A DNA stretch of 64,000 bases from Octopus sinensis (lineage: Eukaryota). Shown here piece by piece: positions 1 to 11,957 of the stretch. Numbering within the stretch: the stretch's first letter is position 1; each line of letters opens with the position of its first letter. The notes beneath the pieces were generated by a model, which searched no databases, was not told the DNA's origin, and saw nothing but the letters and a program-made list of their open reading frames with translations. Position numbers and translations under genes: made by a program. The stretch covers positions 203,422,001-203,486,000 of the forward strand of contig NC_042997.1 of assembly GCF_006345805.1 (NCBI RefSeq). The letters are read 5' to 3'.

Positions 1-1018
1 TGCCTCTTATAAAATGTTCTAATGATTGGAATAGATGGAAATCCATAGGTGCTAAGTCAGGTGAGTAAGTTGGATGTGGAAGACCTTCCCTTCCTAACGA
101 TCTTATTTTTCCTTGGATTTGTTTTGAAGAGTGTAGCCATGCATTGTCATGCTGGAGAATAATTGCTTTTCTGTTTACCAAAGCTGGGCACTTTCATTTA
201 CACAGTCAAGTTGTAGGCAGCAGACATCTGCATTGATGGTCCTTCCATGTTCCAGTAGCTCATAATGAACAATACCTTTTAAGTTCCACCAAATGCAGAG
301 CAAAGATTTTTGTGGATGGAGTTCTGGTTTTGGTGTTGACACCAGCCTCTCATTACATGATAACCATTGTCCTTTTCATTTTCTGTCATGATGCAAAACC
401 CATTTTTCATCACATGTAACAATGCGCTGCAGAAATGACAGGGTGTTATTCCTGTTTAGAAGATGGTGGAATGTTGCATTCAGTTCTCAAGCGTAAGCTC
501 ATGTGGAACCCAAATTCCCTCTTTGCATTTTTTCCCAATTTGCTTGAGATGTTCATGGATATTTGAACACGACACGTTAGATTTTGCACCAAATCTCTTT
601 GAAGTGGATTTGATACAAAAGTCTCATTTAAAAGGTTGTCATTCAGAGTGGATCATCTTCCAGAATGAGGCTTGTCAGATATGTCACAATCACCATCTTT
701 AAGATTTTTAAACCACAGCTGACATGTATGAGCTCTCACTGTTTCCAGATACACATTAAAAATGTTTTCCATTGCTTCTATAGCGATATTTTTCATTCAA
801 AACTCATACAGTAAGCAATGGTGAATATGTTGCTTCATAAAGTTCTTACACTCCATGGGGTTAATTACTGAAATAACTATGAATGACACACTGCCAGATA
901 GAAGAGATGATGTACTATTATTAAACAGTTCCCACCCATTTGACCTTGACTCAGATGTAATTGGTTGATTCATATTTCATGGTGGTGAAAAATGCAATTA
1001 CTTTCCGAACACTCTCAT
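1..1018 (-). mobile_element. Degenerate mariner (Tc1/mariner, D34D-type) transposon remnant; runs off the left edge of the window
   Basis: The minus strand encodes mariner motifs GIWVPHELT (~493-518), RIVTCDEKWVLH (~391-426), IILQHDNAWLH (~130-163) and SPDLAPMD (~45-66), interrupted by stops and frameshifts. A TIR-like end (rc TGAGAGTGTTCGGAAAGTAATTGCATTTTT) lies at ~988-1017, next to a TA tract. Confidence 0.9.
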
Positions 1019-1072
1019 ATATATATATATATATATATATAAGCGAGAAAGAAGCAACAAGAATGGATAGGT

Positions 1073-1163
1073 TTTTAGTACGATCGTTTCATACAAGGAC
1101 AGGTTTTATTAAAAGTTGCAAAGATTACAGCATATAAACGAGTCCCGTACTCATCAGCTAAAA
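1073..1163 (-). ncRNA. Type I hammerhead ribozyme, mirror copy in the left arm
   Basis: Reverse complement of 1632-1722 within the inverted repeat. Confidence 0.88.
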
Positions 1164-1631
1164 TACATGTAAGTTCTCTAGACATCCTAGTGTTTGAGGC
1201 TATACTCATGAAGTAATGTAGATAATTAAACAGATTTCTAAAGTTCATTAAAGTTCTTTAAAGATGATGTACAGTCTTATCACAGAATTTTAAAAAAGTT
1301 TTGATAGCATCACAGAGAAGGTGACCTAATCCATATGAATTTCCATAGATATGATGAGGGATTATATAGCAGGAATTGAGACCCACCTCGTTGTAATTAA
1401 CAATGGATAAATTTGTCTTCTGTGAGTATATAATCCCTCATCATATCTATGGAAATTCATATGGATTAGGTCACCTTCTCTGTGATGCTATCAAAACTTT
1501 TTTAAAATTCTGTGATAAGACTGTACATCATCTTTAAAGAACTTTAATGAACTTTAGAAATCTGTTTAATTATCTACATTACTTCATGAGTATAGCCTCA
1601 AACACTAGGATGTCTAGAGAACTTACATGTA

Positions 1632-1722
1632 TTTTAGCTGATGAGTACGGGACTCGTTTATATGCTGTAATCTTTGCAACTTTTAATAAAACCTGTCCTT
1701 GTATGAAACGATCGTACTAAAA
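1632..1722 (+). ncRNA. Type I hammerhead ribozyme, intact core
   Basis: Stem I TTTTAG (1632-37)/CTAAAA (1717-22); CTGATGA (1638-44); stem II GTACGGGAC...GTCCTTGTAT; GAAA (1705-08); palindromic stem III CGATCG; cleavage triplet GUA, cut predicted after 1716. Confidence 0.88.
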
Positions 1723-1868
1723 ACCTATCCATTCTTGTTGCTTCTTTCTCGCTTATAATCACCCCACATTACTGTATTGTTAAATCAGTATAGTTTTTTT
1801 TGGTGCATCTAAGTTAGGTACCATATTCAAGTAAATTTTTTAAATTAACTTGAATCTTTATTGCTCTT

Positions 1869-1905
<37 letters not shown>

Positions 1906-2052
1906 TCTTTCTTTTGGGATTTTTTCCATAACCTTAAGCTTCATGCATAGGAGTTTGCAATTTTCAAACACTCCACATATAAAACCATGGTATAAACCAT
2001 CTTTGTTTGGGATTTGATAGCCAAAATCACAAATAAAGTATTTATTCACCAA

Positions 2053-2384
2053 TGTCGGGAATGGCTCAATGGTTAGAGCATCGAGCTAACAATCATGAGG
2101 TTGTGAGTTCAAATTCCAGACCGGGCTGCATGTTGTGTTCTTGAGCAAGACACTTTATTTCATGTTGCTCCAGTTCACTCAGCTGTAGAAATGAGTTGCG
2201 ATGTCACAGGTGCCAAACTGTATCGGCCTTTACCTTTCCCTTGGATAACACTGGTGGTGGGAAGAGGGGAGGCTGGTATGCATGGGCGACTGCTGGTCTT
2301 CCATAAACAACCTTGCCTGGACTTGTGCCTGGGAGGGTAACTTTCTAGGTGCAATCCCATAGCCAGTCATGACCGAAGGGGGTC
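2053..2384 (+). mobile_element. tRNA-derived SINE, OR2/CORE-SINE-like family
   Basis: tRNA-like head with A/B boxes (TGGCTCAATGGTTAGAGC ... GAGTTCAAATTCC), then TTGAGCAAGACACTTTATTTCA-TGTTGCTCCAGTTCACTCAGCTG. Related minus-strand pieces lie at ~25235-25510 and ~53318-53568. The family name is from recall. Confidence 0.75.
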
Positions 2385-2785
2385 TCAGCAGGTGTCAAGT
2401 AGTCATTCTCACTATTTTCCCCTATTGTATATATATGCTTGTGTCTGTCTGTCCATCCATCTGGCCATCCATCCATCCATTCATTGTTAGGTAACAATCT
2501 GATTATATAATCCTCCACTCATCAATGGTAGCCGATATGGCATGAAATATTACGAGTGCTCTTTTTCTTATTCTTTTGTGACTATGTAGAATGCACTGCC
2601 AAAAAGCACAGCTATATGGCAGGAGATGCCAACAACATATTGTAATATACTCTGGGGTGTGTGGCAACATGTGCATATGTGTGTAAGTCATACAAGAGTC
2701 CATAAATCAGGAAAAAATGCACTTGTATATCTGTCAATAGAGTGGATATATTATCCAAAGTGTACAGTATTTTATATCCATTACG

Positions 2786-2875
2786 GCTGATCTTACCAAT
2801 CAATTTCATAGTAGGGATTCAGCAGAGTGTTAGATAACAATCCGAATAAGCAACCTTGTACTCATCAGAGGCAGC
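2786..2875 (-). ncRNA. Eroded type I hammerhead-like motif
   Basis: The minus strand reads GCTGCCT-CTGATGA-GTACAAGG...CCCTACTAT-GAAA-TTGATTGG-TA-AGATCAGC. The core is intact; stems I-III are partly mismatched. Confidence 0.5.
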
Positions 2876-2967
2876 TGATATGGAATGACATACATGTGTG
2901 TGTGAATGTTTGTGTGTATGTGAATATTTGTGTATGTGAATATTTGTGTATTTGTGAATGTTTGTGT

Positions 2968-4228
2968 GCAGGAGTGGCTGTGTGGTAAGTAGCTTGCTTA
3001 CCAACCACATGGTTCCATGTTTAGTCCCACTGCATGACATATCAAACTGGTCGCTCCTCGTGGTAGTATAGAAGATCTTCGTCGATGCCTCCACCAAATT
3101 TGGAAGTGGTCTAACGATTGGGACCTGTGTCTGAACGTGTCAAAGTGCTGTCATCTGCCTGTCAGCTCTACTCCTGCAACTCAACTTGATTTCAAGCGGG
3201 TCTCTGCTGCTGAGAGGACCGATCAGTAAAGGACCTGGGTATCTTGGTGGATTCCTCCTTTTCGCCTTCGCCCAGTGCGTCCATGCTGCCAACAAAGCGC
3301 GCGGAATTCTGTTTTTGATTCGACGGTCATTCGGAATGCTCACAGCAGCCATATTCCTACCACTCTATGTCACGCTGGTGAGACCCATATTGGAGTATGG
3401 GATTCAAGCCTCTTCTCCTTATCTCCTCAAAGACATACAGCATCTCGAAAGAGTCCAGAGGCTGGCTACCCGCATGGTTCATGGTCTCAAAAATTTGTCC
3501 TACGAAGAAAGGCTGAGGACGCTCGACCTTTATCTCTTGAAAAACGCCACCGCCGTGGTGATCTCATTCTCGCCCACAACATCATAAGCGGGAAGTGTAA
3601 CCTCTCGAAAGAGCTGTTCTTCACTCCTGCTCCGGGGCGTCGGCTGCGGGGTCATTCCGAAAAGCTCTACTGCGACGATTTCATCTCAATCGAAGGAGAG
3701 GAGCTTTCTCCGTCCGGGTTGCGGATCCGTGGAACAAGCTGCCAGATGAGATGGTGAAGATGCCGACGACCGCTTTGTTCAAAGCCTCCTGGACCTCAAG
3801 TGGCCTGAACTCTTTACATAAACCACCCTGTACTTAACTCCATGTCCCCCTACATGCCTGCTATTTGCTTTGAGCCAATTAACTAACTAACTACTAACTA
3901 ACCTTGGGTAGTGTCTTCTACTATAGCCTCGGGCCAACCAAACCTTGTGAGTGGATTTGGTAGACAGAAGCTGAAAGTAACCCGTCGTATATATGTATAT
4001 ATATATGTGTGTGTGTGTGTGTGTTTGTGTGTCTGTTTTTGTCCCCCCCAACATCACTTGACAACCGATGCTGGTGTGCTTGTGTCCCCGTAACTTAGCG
4101 AAAAGAGGCCGATAGAATAAGTACTAGGCTTACAAAGAATAAGTCCAGGGGTCGATTTGCTTGACTAAAGGTGGTGCTCCAGCATGGCCGCCGTCAAATG
4201 ACTGAAACGAGTAAAAGAGTAAAGAGAA
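2968..4228 (+). mobile_element. tRNA-derived SINE (OK-like family) split by a CR1-like LINE insertion
   Basis: The head GGAGTGGCTGTGTGGTAAG...GTCCCACTGCATGACA (2968-3039) resumes at 3902 with CCTTGGG-TAGTGTCTTC. An internal TA/TG tract follows, and the tail ends ...GAAACGAGTAAAAGAG. Uninterrupted copies occur elsewhere in the window. Confidence 0.85.
3040..3901 (+). mobile_element. 5'-truncated CR1-like LINE (RT C-terminus and 3' UTR)
   Basis: Encodes ANKARGILFLIRRSF, LYVTLVRPILEYG, LERVQRLATRMV, RRGDLILAHNII and FSVRVADPWNKLP across frameshifts. Stop at 3819-3821, then an (AACT)n tail. Confidence 0.92.
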
Positions 4229-5774
4229 AGTATGCATGTGTATTTCAGTGAAAATCAATGTATTGAGTAATGTCCCTTTATGCCAAAAAAAAAAGGTAAA
4301 AACTTAGCTGTTCAATAAATAAAGGTTGATAAAATAAATACCTGTCTAAAGTCAATGTGTTCAATATGATAATCTAAATTTCTCTCAAAGTGCCTCAATA
4401 TGTCTGCAGTTCAATGACTTAAACCAATAAAACACTAGACGGTTAATCTCTAACTAAATGTCTTTTCTCATGGATTATTTATGAATACAAAAGAGAAAAG
4501 AAATCCTAGAATTTCATTTCTCTCACTAGTAACAACATAAATACATCTAACGGTTTGTTTGTTAAAGCTTTTTAAAGATTTAGAGAGTGACTGGCCAATG
4601 CCATGGCTGCTTACTGGCTGCATGTGGCATGTGTTGAATTGAAAACAACTGCTAACAAGCAGAGCATATTATATCAGTTTATTTAGCTGGAAATAGTGGT
4701 TACTTTGCTCTCAAGTTAAGTGGTTAACATTCAAAGGAGCAGCCAGCTGTAAATATATTTTCTCTGGCAAGCAAATCATGCAAATATCAACATTGTTTGA
4801 TACATGTAGCTAGTATTAATATCTAAGTAGTTTGGATGAAGAAAAATAAATAAAACCAAGAAAATATAATTAAAAAACAAAAATAACTGATGTAACAAAT
4901 TTTAAAGAAGACTAAAGATTTCTAATTTATATACACGTTTATTTTTTGTGAAGACTTTTTTTGCTTCTGTGGTATTGTGCAACAAGGATGTTGGTACCTA
5001 CTGTAGACCCCACTGCATGAAATAAAAGATAGAAAACAAAAGGGGAAAAAGCAGTTGTAAATTAATTAGCCAATTAAGAACAAAACAAACTTATTTCAAA
5101 GCTTTGGTAAACTTTTCCATGGAACTACGTATGCATTTGAAGTGGTGAAATTCATAGCAGAAAAAGAGATCCATATTCTAATCATTCTCTAATTCCTTTG
5201 ATGCCAGATTTCTCTGACTATTTATTCACAGTCGCAGAGTTCTACTATTGCCTCAGTGCTATGAATAACCAATAACCAATTTTATGTATTCCATTTCATA
5301 TCATGATTCTGATGGAAAGAAAGAAATATTCTTTCCTGCATTCACATCTTAACATCTACTAAAGAATTGATATTCTCTCAAGAGTATAGTTATACTTCCT
5401 AGTTTTTCCTTTAATCATTATATATGTATATATATATATGTACATGTATGTATATAAATAAATACATACATATATATATATACAAATATATAAAAATTTA
5501 TATTTATATGTGTGTGTACACACACATAAACTCATTTACACACACACACACATGAATAGTCTATATTTCATGATTTCACATCAATGAATTTATGTTTCAT
5601 TTTCACCCATCTTTTGGGGAAAATAGTTTAGGTGTTCCTGCTTTCTTTCTTTTTTTTCCATCTCCCTTTTATATTTTATGAACATTTACATTTTATAGAA
5701 ATACTTAATATTACCTGGAATCATCTTATTCTCCTTCTTCTTCTTCTTCTTCTTCTTATTATTATTATTATAGG

Positions 5775-6000
5775 ATGGAGGATTGGCAGAATTGTTACAG
5801 AATTGGAAAAAAGGCTTTACAGTATTTAGTTACAGCTCTCTACATTCTGAGTTCAAACCCTTCTAAGGTCAACTTTGCTTTTATCCTTTCAGGGTTGATA
5901 AAATAAAATATCAATCAAGTACTTATGTTGATGTAATTGATTCCTCCACTTCCAGCTCCTCAAAATTGCTGGCCTTGTACCTAAATTTGAAACAATTATT
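5775..6000 (+). mobile_element. Diverged copy of the third tRNA-derived SINE family (see 62174-62402)
   Basis: GGCAGAA head, CTGAGTTCAAA B box and CTTTGCTTTTATCCTTTCAGGGTTGATAAAATAAA domain. Similar copies at ~6265-6470, 9380-9640 (-), 30480-30620, 45305-45440, 45950-46160, 57530-57790, 57865-58070, 58075-58280 and 62760-62850. Confidence 0.75.
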
Positions 6001-6469
6001 TATCATCATCATCATCATTATCATTATTATTATTTTTATTATTATTATTATTAGTTTTTCATCTTTCAGTTTTGTTTCCATTTTTTCTTAACTCCTAGGG
6101 CAAAGAAGTTCACTGTATTATTATTATTGTTGTTGTTGTTGTTATTATTATTATTGAGTAAGAGAGCAGCACATACCATCAAAGTGACACTGGGATGCAA
6201 ATATACGAAGCCTCGTATACCCATCATGACTACCCATCTGATAAGGGTACACCAGGCACAAGGCAGTAAGCTGGCAAAATTGTTAGCATGCTGGAGAAGA
6301 TGCTTAGCAGCATTTCTTGTAGCTTTATGTTCTGAGTTCAAATTTCACCAAGGTTAACCTTGCCTTTCATTCATTCAGAACTGATAAAATAATACTGGGA
6401 GGGGTGGAGAGGTCAATGTAATTTACTTACCTCTTTCCCGAAATTACTGGCATTGTACCAAAATATGAA

Positions 6470-6502
<33 letters not shown>

Positions 6503-6959
6503 GTTTTCATCTCATAACTGTATAGATCAGTAGCAAAGAGATTCATTGATTTACTTCATTGGGCAAAATCATTTCTGAGAGATGATGTAGACCATTTAGT
6601 GGTAGACCTATTAAATGATAACTTATTTCTTTTGATACAGCCCACATGAGACCACCTTCTGATATAAAAGCTCTCATCATAAATTTTATAAAAACTTCTA
6701 CTCTTTTTCGTTAATTTATGTTCCAAGCACTAAGTAAAGCCTGAAAAAAATGAACTTCATTTTTTTTTCTTTGGAACCTTTCAAATTCTTGGTTCTTTTC
6801 AAAACTAATTGAATTACATGTGGTGTATAAATGCATGGTGCATTTAACATGGCTATGAATGAGTGGATCTTGAACAAGAGAAGTAACTTGCTATAAGGAA
6901 TTAGCTCAGTTCAAGATAGAATACTGGAAAAAAAAGATCACTTATATATCTTAATATTA

Positions 6960-7245
6960 TGTAGTAAAGATTGTTTGCCAACATAACATGGCAGTCCTGG
7001 TTTAGGATGAATGTTGCTGTAATTTAGCCCCAGGAGACATCGTCTCCAGCTAGCTATACGACACAATCTGTGTCCTTATATTTTTGAACAAGGGAATCTC
7101 GCACTCCCACTCATTGTTCGAAAATATAAGGATGCAGATCATGTTGTATAGCCTGCTGGAGACAATGTCTCCTGGGGCTAAATTACAGCAACATTTGTCT
7201 TAAACCAGGACTGCCATGTTATGTTAGCAAATAATCTTTACTACA
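6960..7245. mobile_element. Palindromic MITE-like foldback (~286 bp)
   Basis: GTAGTAAAGATTGTTTGCCAACATAACATGGCAGTCCTGG... pairs with ...CCAGGACTGCCATGTTATGTTAGCAAATAATCTTTACTAC. Imperfect pairing continues almost to the centre; no ORF. Confidence 0.8.
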
Positions 7246-7499
7246 AAGTACTGTTGCTGAATATCTCTCGTTGTGAGATTTAAAAATAGTAATTTTTTAA
7301 TCTTAATATTATTTTTGGTGCTTGTTTTTTAAAAAACTTTTGCCTTATCATTGACATCACTGCCATCACTACTACCACCACCACTACCACAGCAATCACT
7401 GCATCACCATTACTACCTTCCTTTTACTCCTCCTCTTCCTCCTCCCCCTCTTCTTCCTCCTTCTCCTCATCATCATTAGCATTATCATTTTACATTCAG

Positions 7500-7980
7500 T
7501 TTTCCATGCTACTATACAATGGAAGGATCCACCACAAATTCTCTCACCACTTGAGTTCTTACAATTCAGTTTCCCAAGATCAGCATCCAACAAATCTTTC
7601 CATGTCTTCTTTGGTTTCCCTCTTTTGCAGTTTCCTTCTGTTTGGATTGGTTGGCACTTTTTTACCTAACAGTCATCCTCCACAAACATACACCATATTT
7701 GTATACTAACACCAGTTTTCTTTCTTATACACTACATCTGATTCCTCTTATATTCCTCCTAGTTTTCTCTCACTGGTACCCTGTGCTGGTACAAACCTAA
7801 AATACATTTTATTACAGATAATTTTTCTACCTAATCAGATCTGCCTTAACTCTTTCTGTTACTTTTTATACTTGGTTCATCAATTTGATCCCTCTGTAGT
7901 TACTTCTTTCTTCAGTATCTCTGTTTTACACTGCCAAATAGCTGGGTAACCAAGAGAATTCACCAGAGACCTTCACTAAC
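7500..7980 (-). mobile_element. Old RTE-like LINE C-terminal remnant
   Basis: The minus strand reads GNCKRGKPKKTWKDLLDADLGKL (~7555-7640), resembling the RTE C-terminal GRP.KTW motif. Heavily degraded; boundaries are approximate. Confidence 0.5.
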
Positions 7981-9071
7981 CATTTCAGTTAAGAACTACA
8001 ATATTTTTTTAATTACTTCCTCTTTATAACAAGAATTCTCAGATTCTTGTCTTCGTGCATTTAAAAATTACTTCAAAGCTGAACAAGACAATGAGGAAAT
8101 TTGTCAAACTATTCAAAGTAAACCCTAACATTTGAAGAAAGCAGGAAGACATATTGGGCAATGTAGCTCCAGGTCCCTCATGGGTAACTTGTGGAACATG
8201 GAGCTTTCTGAATGGCACACCTAATCAAAAATTACCTTGAAATTTTTTGTAGTGCAGCCCACCTGATGATGAGCCATGTCTAATGTGGTCTGCATGTCCT
8301 AGATACATAAAAAGATGGGATGGCCCTGACTGGAACACTTTTAATTATAGGTCTGCTTGATCAAGACTGACTTAGTGTTAAACAACAACAACAACAGCAA
8401 TGACTTCAAGACTACAAAGCTAAGGAGAAAGACTCTATATAGTTGCTTGACCTACAAGGAAAATCAACCAAATTTTTTCCTCAAATTACACTTTACCATT
8501 TTAGAAAAGACAGACAGATTAAGTAACATGGTCTTGGGAAAGAGATAAAATTATCACAAAGTTAAAATGGTTCTGATTATTGGTATACTCGGTCAGGCTG
8601 ACTTAGTGCTAAACAACAACAACAGTTTCCGGACTGAAGATTTGAATATATATAATAAACATCTTGTCAAGATTTTGCATGTATTGGTGAAAAAAACATC
8701 AATAAATGGTGCATTCAGGAAGTTGCAGCCCATCTGATATTTAATATGCACAAAATGATAATATCAAGGATTACTAGGCAGTACTTCACTGACACAATAT
8801 TGATCAGAGAAAGAAACAAATTTGAATTTCTGTTAGAGATTTATAAATAACTTCATGTTGTCTCTCTTACAATAATTTCTAACCACATTCATTATAATAA
8901 GTTACCAAATCTTACACTACACCAGGACATAACAACTTTACTAATACCAGGAAATTTTCCCAATATACTCCCCATAAATACTGATTTTTAACATTAGCAA
9001 AATATTTCTGATTTAGCGGTGAGACTGAGTACAAGCTAAACTAAAACTTATTTTATCAACCCTAGAGGGAC

Positions 9072-9303
9072 TAACCCTTTTGGTACCAACCTGCCCAAGA
9101 CTGACCCTTGCTTCTATGATACAAATTTCTTGTTTTAAAGTGATATGAATTAAAACTACCCATCTAAATTTCATATTAATGTATGTTGTAAGCTCTAACT
9201 TAATTACGACTTAATTATTTTACTATATTCTTCATTATTTTCAAGATTAATTGAAACAAAAGCAGTTTATTTGAACATAAATATGGTGACAAAAGGATTT
9301 TAA
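9072..9303. mobile_element. piggyBac-like MITE, diverged
   Basis: Begins CTAACCCTTTTGGTACCAA and ends TTGGTGAC-like ...GGTGACAAAAGGATTTAA; TTAA-like target and CCCTTT/AAAGG termini. Confidence 0.5.
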
Positions 9304-10434
9304 AATCAATGTTCACTCTGGTATAAAGTTTGAATTCAGAGTGTAAAGAGTCATAACTAAATACTGCAACACATTTTGCCCTGATCTCTACCAATTCTGT
9401 CAACTTGCCTACCTTATAAATATTGATTTCAAATTTTTGGTACAAGGCCAGCAAGTTTAGGAGAAGGGGTAAGTTGATTAAATCAACCCCAGTGTTCAAC
9501 TGATACTAATTTTATTGATCCCGAAAGGATGAAAGGCAAAGATGACTTTGGCAAAATTTGAACTCATAACATAAAGACACACAAAATGCTGCTAAGCATT
9601 TTGCCAAGTGTACTGATGGTTCTACCAGCTTGCTGCATTGCCTGCTTTACAAATATAGAAATGTTCTAGTTATTGACTTCTCTGACTGGCCAATTTCACT
9701 AATGTATTCAAAAGACACACCATGCAACAGTTATTCCATGGAGTCAATTTCATCAGACTTTATTCTTTAACATAAATTCTGAAATCTGATTCCTTGGGCT
9801 CTTCATTGTGCAGTGGTCTAGTTTTTCTGATCTTAAACAGATGTGTTAAAACGGCTGTAGCCATTCATTTATGCATGCACACACACACACGTGCCCGCAT
9901 GCGTGTATGTGCATGCATGCACAACTCACACGCATGCAGACACACATTCTCACAAACATATCTGTATGTAAACATATAAATATGCACATCTATTTAAAAA
10001 ATATTACCATCATCATTTTAACACCTATTTTTCCATGCCAGATGGGTTGGATGGAGTTTGTTGAAACTAATAATTTTAGTCTTAGCTGCTGCTCTTATCA
10101 AGAACCCTTACTTGTTTCCAAGCAAGGTAACATTTCTTGGTAACCAGACATATCCTCACAGAAGACTGGAACTGAAAGACACAGCTTGTGTGTCAGGGAC
10201 ACCTGTTTACAACTGTCACACAATGTCAAGAGAAAGAGGTACAAATACATGCATGAGCATGCATACACACACATCTTCAAGTAAAACATTTTATGTTTCA
10301 TTACATATATATATATATCCTAATTTAATAATGATTGTAGTGTTTTTATATATTTATATATATATTTGTGTATATAAAGTCCATCACTGTTTGAGTTGCC
10401 TAATAGTGGTTTTATCTCTAATTTAATTTATATT

Positions 10435-10473
<39 letters not shown>

Positions 10474-11040
10474 TTGAATCATGCCAGACACGGAGGAGGA
10501 AAGAAAATAGTAATTTAGTGAAGGAGAAGTAGCGAGAGTAAAAGCCCTGACTGAGGAGTGAGAGAAAGAAAGGGGTGGTAGATGAATAAGGAAGGAAGAG
10601 GTACCTTTAGAGTATTGGACCTCATAGAGGCAAAGTGGCCGATGACAGTGGCACATGAAAAGTTCCTCTCAAGTGTTGGGCTTCATGGAGGCATTGATGA
10701 ATGACCGAGACCTTTGGCCAGTACAGGTAGCGGCGGGCATGCAGCCGCCTTCTCTCGCCTTCTCCCGCAGTAAAATTGCAGTTATGGCAGATACTGGTGT
10801 CACACAAATGGCACCCATGCCAGTGGCATGTAAAAGCACCCATTACACCCTTGGAGTGGTTGGCATTAGGAAGGGCATCCAACCATAGAAACCATGCCAA
10901 ATCGTCTGGTATTTGGTGCAGCCTTCCAGCTTGTCAAACCTGGTCAAACCATCCAACCCATGCCAGCATGGACAATAGATGTTAAATGATGATGATGATA
11001 ATGATATATATATATAATTAATATAATTAATATATATAAT

Positions 11041-11940
11041 TAATATAAACAGCAGGTTGCAATATTTCACCAAAAAGAAGAATTATAATTATCACTAAAT
11101 GTGACTAGAGTATTAAGGAACACCAACATTGATAGAAATAAGAGCTAAAATGCTCTAATGTTGTAGTTAAATTACATGAATGAAAATATATACACTAACA
11201 GGGACTTAAATCATCCAAAAAGTGCTGATCAAGAATTCTTAACACTGATGTCAGTTTCAGCCATTTCTGTTGCCCCGTCATTTTCATTTAAGCCCATTCA
11301 ATCTCAGCTCTTTTTGGACTAGCTCCTCTATTAGTATATATGTTTTTGTCATCCAAATTAATGGATGATTTAGCAATTCATTAATGTGTATACATAAAAT
11401 TAACATAAACAGCAGGTTGCAATATCTCACCAAAATATAGAATTATAATCGTCACTAAATGTGATTAGGGTGTTAAGAAACACCTACATTGCTAGAAATA
11501 AGAGCTAAAATGCTCTGATGCTGTAGTTAAAACACATGAATGAAAACATATATACTATTGGTCCCTGTTAGTGTATATATTTTATTCATGTGTGTTAACT
11601 ACAGCATTAGAGTAGGTATGAGTAAGTATTTCATTTATTTTCTTTGCCGCATTTATCACTGACGAAGGGAGAGTTCTTATGAACTAATCCTGAAATTGGT
11701 CCAATATGGTAATAACGGAATTTTTTAGAAATTTCTGTCGAACTTTTTTAAGTAGCATGCTTATTGTGATAAATTATATGGTTATGGACAATGTGTCTTA
11801 TTTCGGCATATTTGGCATTAGAAAATTTTTTCGTTTGTCCTTATTTATAAGTTGTTTATAAATTTAACCTTTAAAGGTATATTTTAATATGCTGGCCATT
11901 GATAAAATTTTTTTTTCGAAAAAATTTTATCCTACATTAG
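11041..11940. mobile_element. Composite direct plus inverted repeat locus between two (TA)n tracts; Penelope-like pLTR remnant
   Basis: 11041-11206 and 11401-11556 are diverged direct repeats. 11561-11612 is an inverted copy of 11154-11205. A hammerhead motif follows, and the locus ends in (TA)n at ~11940. Confidence 0.6.
11653..11712 (+). ncRNA. Type I hammerhead ribozyme, intact core
   Basis: Stem I TTATCA/TGGTAA (one G.U); CTGACGA (11659-65); stem II AGGG...TCCT with inner AGTTC-TTAT-GAACT; GAAA (11692-95); stem III TTGG-T-CCAA; triplet AUA, cut predicted after 11706. Confidence 0.82.
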
Positions 11941-11957
11941 ATATATATATATATATA

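Larger units (their letters stand above)
1038..1757. mobile_element. Head-to-head inverted repeat (331-bp arms, 58-bp spacer); Penelope-like pLTR insertion at (TA)n
   Basis: 1038-1368 is the reverse complement of 1427-1757 with no mismatch seen by eye. Each arm carries a hammerhead motif, and the left end abuts the (TA)n tract at ~1017-1040. The Penelope assignment is inferred from HHR plus inverted pLTR architecture. Confidence 0.75.

Noticed and set aside
2053-2130. tRNA gene
   Set aside because: The A/B boxes belong to a SINE head that continues into the SINE body; no complete cloverleaf.
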